Assembly: GCA_963807945.1 (NCBI GenBank)
Contig: CAWEDT010000006.1
Location: forward strand, 1-64,000
From: an uncultured Actinomycetes bacterium
GTDB lineage: Bacteria; Actinomycetota; Acidimicrobiia; IMCC26256; PALSA-610
Direction of reading: 5' to 3'
DNA length: 64,000 nucleotides
A program made the translations under genes and the position numbers. Position 1 is the stretch's first letter. Every line of letters begins with the position of its first letter. A model generated the notes under the pieces. The model was not told the origin of the DNA and made no database searches. It saw only the letters and a program-made list of their open reading frames with translations. Shown here piece by piece: positions 1-8,754 of this stretch.

Positions 1-211
1 CCTTAACGATCTCAAACTCCCCTACGTCCGACCGGACCGTGATGCGCGGCGGCAGTTTGGACCGACCGGCCCAAATACTGATCGACTTGTTCGGATCGCA
101 ATCCAGAAAGGTTACATCCGCCCCGGCGTGTGCCAGCTCGGTTCCGAGAATGACGGACGCCGTGGACTTTCCTGCCCCGCCTTTTGGCGAAGCAACCGTC
201 ACGATGGGCAT
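1..211 (-). CDS. parA: ParA/Soj-family partition ATPase, N-terminal part (gene continues beyond window start)
   Basis: Minus-strand translation from ATG (complement of 209-211) gives MPIVTVASPKGGAGKSTASVILGTELAHAGADVTFLDCDPNKSISIWAGRS..., with a deviant Walker A KGGxGKST typical of ParA/MinD. It is absent from the ORF track because no stop falls inside the window. Confidence 0.8.
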   Translation of the reverse strand, partial: MPIVTVASPKGGAGKSTASVILGTELAHAGADVTFLDCDPNKSISIWAGRSKLPPRITVRSDVGEFEIVK

Positions 212-219
212 TTTGGTAA

Positions 220-520
220 TCCAATATGTGATATTACCGGATTTAGAGCATAATCGGATGAATGAAAAGACCGGATGAGCAGCTTTACCCGATTGTTGCA
301 GAAACCGGGTTTCTCATCACACCCGGTCCATTGTAATATCTGGTATTTTCAATCATCCGATATCACCCTCAACCGGGTTTTCTGTATAATCCGGTTACTG
401 GCGTAACCCGATATATAGGAATATCCGGTAAAGGAAGTAATCTGATATTTTAGTTTCGGGCACAGGGGGTCGTGTCCTACATTATTGCCCGGACATTTCT
501 CGTGACCCTGACTTGCAGGG
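220..520. repeat. Low-GC region with >=7 copies of a CCGG-core 8-11 bp motif in direct and inverted orientation, located 5' of parA. Candidate centromere (parS-like), iteron or promoter region.
   Basis: accggat at 236-242 and 270-276. aaccgggttt at 303-312 and 371-380. Inverted copy acccggtcc at 321-329. aatccggtt at 388-396 and atatccggta at 421-430. TATAAT at 385-390. GC is far below the window average. Confidence 0.5.
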
Positions 521-829
521 ATGAGTGAAATTCTTTCACCCAACGAGCCTGACAGCTACCAGACGCGGACCACCAGCGCAGTGGCGAGTTTGTTTTGGAT
601 TGTCAGTCCGGTGGGGTGGGCGGCCTCACAATGGATTTCTCGCCGGGGAGCTGTGGGGGTGAAAAATCCCCTGACCTGTCTCTTTAGACCTCCGGACGAC
701 TGGAGTTTTGAGGGTAGGGATTGGATATTGCCCGGCACGCTCCGGCCTGGATGTGGGCACTGTTGCGGGCATCATCGAAGTCAATTCTGGCGACCCTAGA
801 GTTAGAGCCAGACGTCCTCCGTCGATGCG

Positions 830-1487
830 CACTGGTATGCAGCCGTTTTCTATTTTGCTGGCGTGGCTCACTGCCTATCCGACAAGATTACAGGCAGTTT
901 TTCTGTCCGACCTGCCGGCGGCGAAGTCCTTTTTTTCGCAGCGACGGCATTAGCGCATCGCGAACGCAGCCGCAGTCAATCTTGCGAAGCATGCGGAGGG
1001 GTTGAGCTTTACAGCGGCGAGGATTGTAACAAACAAGCGATCAGGGATGGGGGATACTGGACTTTCCTGGGTCACGGGCCAGGGCAACTCGACGTATCGC
1101 GTCACCGGCGTAAAGAGCTACGCCGCGACCAACGGGTCGATGTTCGGTGACTACGGCGACAACCGGCTCACACTCATCACCGCCGACCCGGCGCTGCGGG
1201 CGAACCGCCGGCTGGTCGTGACCGCGAAGCTCGTAGAGCGGCCGTACGCGCCGACCAATTTGAGTACGACGCTCGACCCGGAAGGGCTCGGGCTGACGGG
1301 GAGAGCGGCGCGATCGCCGTTGTGCTCGTCTGGCTCGAGCTCCTCGTGCGCGCTGCTACTGCTCGGTGTGTACGCGATGACCCGTTGGTCCCGTTGGACG
1401 ACTTGGATGGTATTCGTCCCCGCGGTGACACTCGTGACCTGGCTCTTCTTCTCGCACGTCGTGATGCTGCTCCCCGCCACGCTCTGA
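830..1487 (+). pseudogene. Sortase-like (class E-like) gene remnant. Frameshifted, with the catalytic Cys of TLxTC replaced by Ala.
   Basis: Frame 0 (830-951) gives MQPFSILLAWLTAY (a TM-like stretch). Frame 2 (863-960) gives ...GEVLFFAATALAHRERS, resembling the sortase (L/I)AGHR His motif. Frame 0 (954-1487) gives ...NSTYRVTGVKSY...GDNRLTLITADPALRANRRLVVTAKLVE, which parallels the class E sortase LTLITCHPKFSASHRLIAYAVL but with C->A, followed by a C-terminal hydrophobic segment. A T7 homopolymer lies at 942-948. The region is mid/low GC. Confidence 0.35.
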
Positions 1488-1614
1488 CCGACTCCCAGTT
1501 GTCGCCGTGGCTTTACCTGGGCGTCGCTTTCTCCGTGTTCCGCGTTCACTCCGGTCTGACCGAATAGGGCCCGGCACAACACACCACCTGCAAACTCCTC
1601 GAGGAGGAACTCAC

Positions 1615-2831
1615 GTGCGAAATCGAAGTAGGAAACTCGCCGTTGTGGCGAGTATCGCGGCGATCGGGACCATGGTCGGGCTCGCAGCTCCGGCCGGCGC
1701 CGGTCCGACCGTTCTGACCGGATCGAAGAACTCGATCGCGGCCGCCGGGTCGGACACGACGTACTTCATGATGGAGAACCTCATCGACGGCGTACAACGT
1801 CGACAAGACCAAGAACACCGACGGCGACTTCGTGACGCAGATCCCGCCGCTCAACGTGGCGCCGTTCCCGGCCGGCACGTTCGTGCCCGGTGACGACATC
1901 AACCCGTCGTTCGTCTGGGATTCGACCACCGTGGGTCTGCCCAGCGACGTGACGCCCGGCGACACACCGCCGAACGGTTCGAGTGCGGGTATCACCGCCC
2001 TCAACGCGGACACGGTGAGCGATATCGACTTTGCCCGTTCGTCACGCGGTCCCGAACGCCGGTGAGACTCCGGCGCTGCGTTTCTGGGCCTACGCCCTGG
2101 GTGCAGTCGACTACGTGACCTTCCCCGGCACCCACGCGCCGGCGGCAGGCCTCACGCAGCAGCAGCTCATCAACATCTACACCTGCAACGCCACGACTCA
2201 CTTGCCGATCATCAGTGACTGGCACACAGTGAACTCGAGCGCACCGGTGGGATCGAAGATCGTCAAGTACATCCCGCAGGCAGGATCGGGTACCCGTAGC
2301 TTCTTCCAGTCGAAGCTGCTCAACAACAACGCCATCGACAACAACTGCGATGCCGCTCACAACGACCTGAGCATCAGCATCGAGGAGCACGACGCCCGTG
2401 GCGTCACCACGGCGAGCAAGCCCAACGCGATCTACGCGTTCGACTTCTCGAAGTGGAAGGCACAGTCGTCCGGCTTCGAGGCGAACCTGCGTAACGGCGC
2501 AGCGCTGGGCAAGCTCGGTACGACCACGAGCAACCGCCAGGGACCGAGTCTCACCACGGTGAACACGACTCCCAGCCGCTTCCTCGGTACTCGGTACGTG
2601 TTCAACGTCGAGCGGACAGCTAGTCACCCCGCCGGTTACACCAACCAGGAAGTCGACATCGAGAAGTTCATCGGTGTTGCTCCGGCCGCAAGTGGTGGAG
2701 CTGGCCTCATCTGCGGTGGCACGTTGGCACCGAACATCACGCTGGCCGGCTTCGTGCCGCTTCCGCTCGCCGGTACCGGCGGCGTTGGCCTCCCGCAGTC
2801 GCACTGCAAGTTGAACCCGCCCGCGCTCTAA
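1615..2831 (+). CDS. Secreted PstS-family (phosphate-binding-protein-like) periplasmic binding domain protein; 2 apparent frameshifts
   Basis: GTG start at 1615, preceded by GAGGAGG. Sec signal peptide RKLAVVASIAAIGTMVGLAAPAGAG. LTGSKNSIAAAGSDTTYFMMENLIDG and ...IPQAGSGTRSFF motifs resemble the PstS PBP fold. The gene is spread over ORF-track fragments 1507-1893, 1832-2065 and 2031-2831. Confidence 0.6.
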
Positions 2832-2861
2832 CCTTCAGAGCACGACGGCATCAAACTGGTG

Positions 2862-2900
2862 GAGGTCCGGGCACGGATGCCCGGACCTCCTCAAGTTTCG
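2862..2900 (+). terminator. Intrinsic terminator-like hairpin after the PBP-like gene
   Basis: Perfect inverted repeat gaggtccgggca-cgga-tgcccggacctc followed by ctcaagtttcg. Confidence 0.5.
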
Positions 2901-2908
2901 CGACAGGA

Positions 2909-3515
2909 GTGAAATCGAATTGCGCGCTGACGTGTACACAGTTGCTGATAGCGACCTTCATCGCACTCGCGTTGCGTCGGCTGCTCGAGCTCGAGCAAGA
3001 CGAGCACGCCGCCTACTTCGGCTTCGGGAGCGTCGTCGACCACGAACTCGCTTCCGCCGCTGACGACGACGACGCCCGGGGATCCGGATCAGATCCCGAA
3101 TCCGATCCCGTTCGACGTCGGTGAGATACCGGCCCGACCGGGCGACTGGCGGGTCGGTGTCACCAAGGTGACACGCCCGTTCTCAGCAGCCGGCCTGCCC
3201 GCGCTGCCCGCCGGTCAGCAGTACATCGGCGTCACGATCACGATGATGTACGACGGCAGCGGATCGATCCCGGTCGAGTCGCGGAAGCTCTTCGGACTGA
3301 ACGATCAGACCGGCAAGGGCCACTCCGCAATCAGCGGTCCGCAGGGCACGACGGGTCTCGACGGAACGTATACATCCGGAACGAACAAGACCGGGCAGAT
3401 GGTCTTCGTGGTCCCGGTGGGCAAGCAGTTGGTGATGACGCTCGACGGTCCGGTGATCAAGACGCAACGCACGATCTTCCAGATCGATCCTCCGAATCAC
3501 CCTGCGGCCGACTGA
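2909..3515 (+). CDS. DUF4352-domain lipoprotein (1 frameshift near 2970)
   Basis: MKSNCALTCTQLLIATFIALAL in frame 2 continues in frame 0 as ...CVGCSSSSKTSTPPTSAS... (lipobox-like LAL-x-GC), then a Ser/Thr/Pro linker, then GDWRVGVTKVTRPFSAAGLPALPAGQQYIGVTITMMYDGSGS...QTGKGH, typical of DUF4352. Confidence 0.65.
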
Positions 3516-3560
3516 GTCGCGCCGTTACTCGCTCGGGCGGGCCGAGGGTCGTGGGCGGAC

Positions 3561-4034
3561 GTGCATGGGTTATCCGTAGAGCTCGCTCGTCGTTATGCCG
3601 ACGTGTTCCCGATGGACGGACGCAGCAATTTCCATCCCGAGGAACACAACCCGGCGACGGACCGATTCGTCGTGGCGCTCGATCGCGATGAGATCGGTGA
3701 CTCGGTTGCGATCGTGTGCGGGGCTCTGCGGCGATTCGAGGATGGCGTCGTGGAAGGCAAGCGCATGTATGTCAAACCCGATGTCCGCGGGAAAGGTGTC
3801 GGTCGGGCGCTGCTCGCGTACCTGGAAGCGGAAGCGATGCGGTTGGGCTACACGCTAGTTGTGCTCGAAACCGGCGTGCTCCAACCTGATGCGCTAGGGC
3901 TGTACGAGTCGAACGGCTACACGCCGGTTCCTCCGTGGCCGCCGTACGACACCCGTGACTACTCGAGGTGCTTCGAGAAGATCCTGCGCGACGCGTTCGA
4001 TGATCCGAAGTCAGCGCCGTTGGGGGATGCCTGA
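3561..4034 (+). CDS. GNAT family N-acetyltransferase
   Basis: 157-aa intact ORF with an acetyl-CoA-binding-like motif VRGKGVGRALLAYLEAEA and GNAT-sized length. Confidence 0.8.
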   Translation: MHGLSVELARRYADVFPMDGRSNFHPEEHNPATDRFVVALDRDEIGDSVAIVCGALRRFEDGVVEGKRMYVKPDVRGKGVGRALLAYLEAEAMRLGYTLVVLETGVLQPDALGLYESNGYTPVPPWPPYDTRDYSRCFEKILRDAFDDPKSAPLGDA

Positions 4035-4220
4035 CCGCAGCATTCCTTCCACGCTCGCGAAGTCGTGCGCAGCGAGCCAAAGGCGTAAGAGGTGGCGCTT
4101 GGCGATCGCCTCGACGAGATCCATCGCCTCGTTCTGCGCGTGCGTGAGTCGAGGGACTTGCGCATGGCGTTGCGCGTCGCGGATGTAGGAGACGCGTGCG
4201 GCGTGCCATTCAGTTAACAC
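4011..4220 (-). CDS. Hypothetical small protein (70 aa), convergent with and overlapping the GNAT 3' end
   Basis: GTG start (complement of 4218-4220). Protein-like sequence VLTEWHAARVSYIRDAQRHAQVPRLTHAQNEAMDLVEAIAKRHLLRLWLAAHDFASVEGML. No recognisable family. Confidence 0.25.
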   Translation of the reverse strand: MLTEWHAARVSYIRDAQRHAQVPRLTHAQNEAMDLVEAIAKRHLLRLWLAAHDFASVEGMLRSGIPQRR

Positions 4221-4298
4221 GATTTGCGCCTTATTGTTTCGGGGTTTTTCGGCCTGTAGGTCTGGACTATCGAACGTATGTTCGTATAGAATACGAGC

Positions 4299-5637
4299 AT
4301 GGATATCGCGGTTGAGCGCCTGCACGAAACGATCGACGTGCTCGCCGCAACTGACCTCGGGTTCGGGTCGGGGAGCGAAGAGCTGCTCGCCTTGGAACGG
4401 GCCCGCCGTCGCCTCGACGCCGAAGTCGCTCGTCGCCTACGCGAGTTCGACCAGTCCGGTGAATGGTCCGCGCGGTCTTCGATCCGCCGCCGCTTTCTCG
4501 TCACCAACACCCGCTGCGCCCGTGGTGACGCCTACCGCCGTGTGCGTGTCGCGGTGAGGTCGAAGCGCTCGAACAGACCGCCCGCGGGTGGGCTGAGGGT
4601 GAGCTCACGACGTGCCACGTCGAAACGATCACGCAGGCGCGGAAGCTGCGTGCGGCCGACGAGGAGTTCGACGCGTTCGAACCCGCGTTGTTGGCCGTCG
4701 CGGTGGGCCGGGTCACCCGAAGACGTCGCCGAAGCAGTACGGAAGTGGCGCGACGCGCTCGATACGCGTACCTGAACCGCGACGGCGCCGACCCCGACGA
4801 CCCCGAGCCCGACGACCCCGGCCCAGACGACACCAACCGAGAGACGATCGCCGACCGGGAATGGGACCGCCGCGGGGTCGACTTCGCCAAATCGATCGAC
4901 GGGATCGGTCTCGGTCGCATCACCCTCGTGCCCGAAGGTGCCGACATCCTCAACCGGGCGTTACAATGCCGCCGACGACGGACTCCACCGCGCCGACGAT
5001 CCCCGCACCCCCACGCAACAGCGTGCCGACGTGCTCGTCGAAATCGCTCGCCGCTACCTCGCCGGCAAACCCTCGCGTGCGTAACCTCCCCCACATCCTC
5101 GTCCTCACCGACCCGGCGACGATGCGCGGCGACCACATCGGTGAATGCCGTCTCGCCGACGGCACCCGCATCTCCCCCGACACCGCCCGGCGCATCAGCT
5201 GCGACGCCAATATCCAAGAACTCGTTCACGGCGACACCGGCGTCCCGCTGTGGCTCGGCCGGTCGACCCGCACGTTCACCCCCGACCAGTTCCGAGCGAT
5301 GGTCGCCAGAGACGGCGGCTGTCGATGTTGTGGGGCGTTGCCCGAACACTGCGATTCCCACCACGTGAACCGATGGACAACCTCTGGACCCACCGACATC
5401 GACAACGGCATGCTGCTGTGCCGCTACCGCTGCCACCGTGGCATGCACGAAGGGCACTGGAACATCGTCGGAAACCCCAACGGTCGCCTCGAATTTAACT
5501 ACCGCGACGGCAACCACATCGCAGCCAGCGAACCCCGACCACCCGACGAACCCATCCTCACCAAACAAGGCCGCCGACACGCCCACCTCGAACAACTCAC
5601 CCGCACGCGCCTCAACGCACTCACACGTGCTGCATGA
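4299..5637 (+). CDS. DUF222 + HNH endonuclease (REP13E12-type); >=2 frameshifts
   Basis: N-terminus MDIAVERLHETIDVLAATDLGFGSGSEELLALERARRRLDAEVARRLREFDQSGEWSA matches DUF222. C-terminus ...RISCDANIQELVHGDTGVPLWLGRSTRTFTPDQFRAMVARDGGCRCCGALPEHCDSHHVNRWTTSGPTDIDNGMLLCRYRCHRGMHEGHWNIV is the HNH nuclease motif. The gene is split across ORFs 4299-4775, 4688-5368 and 4612-5637. Confidence 0.8.
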
Positions 5638-6136
5638 ACGGCGCGACCGGCGGCCACGCCTCCGGCGGAAGGCTCCGATAGAGCTCAGCAGCAGCGGGTC
5701 TGCGCTTCGGGAACCGAGGCGCAGCACAACGAGTCACCCGCGTCGTCGACGTGCGCAGGCGACGTCCGAACGCGTCGCTGTCTTCGAGCACCGTGTAGAT
5801 CTCCCATGCGCCGTCGGGGCCGTCGACCCACACCTTCTCCTGGTTCGCGAAGCAACAGACGCCGTTCTCCTCGACCGGCGCGAGTCCGTCGGACGTCAGA
5901 CGCGGCCTGGTGCGCACGCACCTCGTCGGTCGACATCACTTCGACGCCGAGATGGTTGAGCCGGCCCTTCGGCGCCCGGGTTCTTCGAAGAGCACCAGCT
6001 TGAGCGGCGGCTCGTCGATCGCGAAGTTCGCGTAGCCGGGCTTGCGCTTGTTCGGCTCGGTCGCGAAGAACTTGCTGTAGAAGTCGACTGCGGCATCGAT
6101 GTCGGGAACGTTCAGTGCGAGTTGGACTCGTGACAT
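5621..6136 (-). CDS. cadI: CadI/ArsI-like glyoxalase-family (VOC) metal(loid)-induced protein; 2 frameshifts; true 3' end uncertain (probably about 5700-5760)
   Basis: MSRVQLALNVPDIDAAVDFYSKFFATEPNKRKPGYANFAIDEPPLKLVLFEEPG ... LNHLGVEVMSTDEVRAHQAA ... ENGVCCFANQEKVWVDGPDGAWEIYTVLEDSDAFG. Near-colinear with mycobacterial CadI, including the vicinal CC. Confidence 0.75.
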
Positions 6137-6156
6137 CCGGCGACCCTTCGTATATA

Positions 6157-6206
6157 TTGACGTATGTCGATGTATCGATCTTCGCGAATCCATCGACATC
6201 TGTCAA
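6157..6206. promoter_or_regulatory. Candidate ArsR/SmtB operator: 16-bp inverted repeat in the divergent cadI-arsR intergenic region
   Basis: ttgacgtatgtcgatg (6157-6172) is near-perfectly inverted as catcgacatctgtcaa (6191-6206). An adjacent tatatattga resembles a -10 element. Confidence 0.45.
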
Positions 6207-6222
6207 TGGTGCGGGAGGTGTG

Positions 6223-6573
6223 GTGGCTACGAAGCGTTCTCCGCTGATCCAGCTCGATGAGGGTGTGTGCTGCGCACCGATCTCGGCGGAGCCGATGGCG
6301 GAGGAGGAAGCCGCGGAGCTCGCGAAGGTGTTCGCCGCACTCGGCGACCCGATCCGGCTCCGGCTCCTGAGCTTGGTGGCCGCTGCGGGCGAGGTGTGCT
6401 CGTGCGATCTCGAGATCCCGTTGGGCAAGTCGCAGCCCACGATCAGTCACCACACCAAAGCGCTCGTCGACGCGGGGCTGCTCACCGGCGAGAAGCGTGG
6501 CCGTTGGATCTTCTGGACCGTGGTTCCGGGGCGGCTCGCCGCACTGCGCGCCGCTCTTGTAGATGCGACCTGA
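6223..6573 (+). CDS. arsR: ArsR/SmtB-family metalloregulator with N-terminal vicinal Cys pair
   Basis: GTG start after GGGAGG. VATKRSPLIQLDEGVCCAPI... then LAKVFAALGDPIRLRLLSLVAAAGEVCSCDLEIPLGKSQPTISHHTKALVDAGLL, an HTH with a CxCDL-type metal site. The N-terminal CC resembles Cys15/16 of Corynebacterium As(III)-sensing ArsR. Confidence 0.85.
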   Translation: MATKRSPLIQLDEGVCCAPISAEPMAEEEAAELAKVFAALGDPIRLRLLSLVAAAGEVCSCDLEIPLGKSQPTISHHTKALVDAGLLTGEKRGRWIFWTVVPGRLAALRAALVDAT

Positions 6574-7241
6574 TATCGGGCGCCGGTGCGTCGCGGAGTT
6601 CGTCGGGACCGCGATGCTCGTCGCAGTCGTCGTCGGTTCCGGGATCGCCGCGCAACACCTCTCACCGAACGATGTCGGCCTGCAGCTCTTCGAGAACGCA
6701 GCCGCGACCGCGGCCGGGCTGATCGCGATCATCCTCGCGCTCGGGCCGGTGTCGGGCGCGCACCTCAACCCGGTCGTGAGCCTCGCCGACGCCGCGTTCG
6801 GCGGGCTCGAACGCCGCGCTCGGTCGATATCCCCGCCCAGATCGCGGGCGGGATCGCCGGCGCGATCGTCGCCAACCTGATGTTCTCGGCGCCGGCCGTC
6901 GAGTGGTCGACGAAGACGCGGTCGGGGGCGGGGTGTGGCTCGCCGAAGTGGTTGCGACCGCGGGGCTGCTGCTGGTGATCTTCGGCATCGCTCGGTCCGG
7001 CCGTGGTTCGGTCACACCGTTCGCGGTCGGTGCGTATATCGGCGCCGCGTATTGGTTCACGTCGTCGACCAGCTTCGCCAACCCGGCAGTCACGATCGCG
7101 CGCACCTTTTCCAATACCTTCGCCGGCATCGCGCCGCGATCCATGCCGGCCTTCGTCGCGTTCGAGATCGTCGGTGCTGCGATTGGCGCCGCGTTGGTTT
7201 GGTACCTGTATCCCGCGGTCGAATCGATCGACACGCCATGA
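6563..7241 (+). CDS. MIP-family aquaglyceroporin (AqpS/GlpF-like, candidate As(III) channel); 1 frameshift about 6830-6900
   Basis: ...GPVSGAHLNPVVSLA (first NPA-like box, NPV) in ORF 6563-6880 and ...SFANPAVTIART (second NPA box) in ORF 6903-7241. Stop TGA overlaps the arsC ATG. Confidence 0.75.
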
Positions 7242-7654
7242 CGACCGCGCCCGACGTTGTCCCCGAAGTGCTGTACGTCTGCATCCACAACGCGGGTCGT
7301 TCGGTTGCCGCCGCGGTGCTCACCGAGCACTACGCGGAGGGCCGGGTGCGCGTTCGTTCCGCGGGCTCACAGCCGGGGAGCGCGATCAACCCCGTTGTCG
7401 CGGAGGTGTTGCGCGAACGCGGGCTCGATCCCGACCGGCAGTTCCCGAAGCCGCTGACCGACCAGGCCGCGCGCGCGGCCGACGTGATCGTGACCATGGG
7501 CTGCGGAGACGAGTGCCCGTTCTACCCCGGCAAGCGCTACCTCGATTGGGAGCTCACCGACCCTGCGGGAAAGCGCATCGAGGAGGTGCGCCCCATCGTC
7601 GACGCGATCGACGAACGGGTGCGCGCGCTGCTGGCGGAGATGCTCGCCGATTAG
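7239..7654 (+). CDS. arsC: Arsenate reductase, LMW-PTP/thioredoxin-coupled type
   Basis: MTTAPDVVPEVLYVCIHNAGRSVAAAVL... is the Cx5R P-loop. ...TMGCGDECPFYPGKRYLDWELTDP is the conserved ArsC C-terminal Cys region. Intact. Confidence 0.85.
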
Positions 7655-7869
7655 TCGAGACGGTTAGTCGAGCGCGGCAGGATCAGCCACCACGAGGCGA
7701 GCCCGTGCTCGCACCACGCGCCGGGCGCGACGATGCATCCGTCGGGACACCGGCACACACCGTCGGCGACCCACTCGGCGAGGTTGTCCTCGTCGGGCGG
7801 GGCCCAGCCGCTGTTCACCTCGAACCACGCGTGCGCGTTGCGGATCGCTTCTTCCGCCGTTGTCGTCAT
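7651..7869 (-). CDS. Hypothetical small Cys-rich protein (72 aa), convergent with arsC
   Basis: MTTTAEEAIRNAHAWFEVNSGWAPPDEDNLAEWVADGVCRCPDGCIVAPGAWCEHGLASWWLILPRS. Four Cys plus a His (CxC-x3-C-x9-C-x-H). Preceded by an in-frame stop, so this is a discrete ORF. Confidence 0.35.
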   Translation of the reverse strand: MTTTAEEAIRNAHAWFEVNSGWAPPDEDNLAEWVADGVCRCPDGCIVAPGAWCEHGLASWWLILPRSTNRLD

Positions 7870-7879
7870 TGCAATCTCG

Positions 7880-8754
7880 CACCACGGTCACGAGATTGGC
7901 ACCCGAATGTGCTCGAACCACACCGGAACGGTACTTCTTGTCGACGCACAACGCGTGAAGGAGACCCGATCGGGAGTTGCGTCGCGTCGATCCCTTCACC
8001 TTCGCCGCCCGGATGGCCGATCTTCGCGACAGGCTGACCTGACCGGTCTGCATGTCGACGCGGTACACCCCGCTGAACCGGTCGTCGGTGGAGATCCAGA
8101 TCTGTCGCCGTGCAACGTCAGCGCCCTGGGTGTGATGCAGGAGCCTTGCTCATCTTCAGCGGTGGCAGTGACTTCCATCGTCGGCACGTCGTAGCGCAGG
8201 AGCGCGGCACCGTCGAAATGGTCCATCGAGTAGCCGTCATCGTCGTGGGGTCGACCGTCACGAACGAGTTCTCGTGCTGCGGCAACATCACCGCATCGAT
8301 GAAGCGGAGCGAGTCTTCCGGTCGTAGCGCGCAGTCGCTTGATGGCCCTTGGAGTAGTCGGGCTCCTCGAAGGGCGCGTAGATGTACTTGCCGACCACGT
8401 CGATGTCACCGATGTGGTCGAAGCCCTTCGCCTTCCACGCGGGCGGGATGGCGGGCGAGATGTGCTTCACCACGTTGAGCTGGTCGTCGGTGCGCCACAG
8501 GCTGTCGGTGGCGGAAAAGATCCAGCCGCCCGGCACCCGGGCGACGCCTTGTTGGTACCCGCCCGGCAACTGTTGCTGACTCGTGATCGTCGCCGGCCCG
8601 AACGTGCGCGGGCTCGTCGTCGTTGTGCTCGAGACGGTCGAGGTCGACGCGGTCGACGTCGTCGACGCAGTACTGGGCTTGCTCGACGACGAGCAGCTGG
8701 TGATCGCGGACGCTGCGAGGCCCAGCGCGAGGACGAACGCGTTCTGTGTCTCAT
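7880..8754 (-). CDS. Hypothetical secreted lipoprotein; >=3 frameshifts
   Basis: ATG overlaps the upstream SDR stop (ATGA). ...FVLALGLAASAITSCSSSSKP (lipobox), an S/T-rich linker, then ...QGVARVPGGWIFSATDSLWRTDDQLNVVKHISPAIPPAWKAKGFDHIGDIDVVGKYIYAPFEEPDYSKGHQ ... DDGYSMDHFDGAALLRYDVPTMEVTATAEDEQGSCITPRALTLHGDRS ... VYRVDMQTGQVSL. No family assigned. The 3' end is approximate. Confidence 0.45.

Noticed and set aside
349-543. 64-aa ORF inside the low-GC repeat region
   Set aside because: It lies across the repeated CCGG-core motifs next to parA. Composition-driven, with no start context; more plausibly non-coding partition or promoter DNA.
520-830. Structured ncRNA (tmRNA, RNase P, group II intron) in the mid-GC non-coding stretch
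   Set aside because: No tmRNA 5'/3' ends, RNase P conserved regions, or group II intron GUGYG start and domain V were recognisable by eye. More likely degraded gene or linker DNA; a covariance-model scan would be needed for a firm call.
2770-2831. C-terminal LPLAGTGG motif in the PBP-like protein as a sortase (LAxTG) sorting signal
   Set aside because: No hydrophobic membrane-spanning segment or positively charged tail follows in any frame before the terminator hairpin. Probably coincidental.
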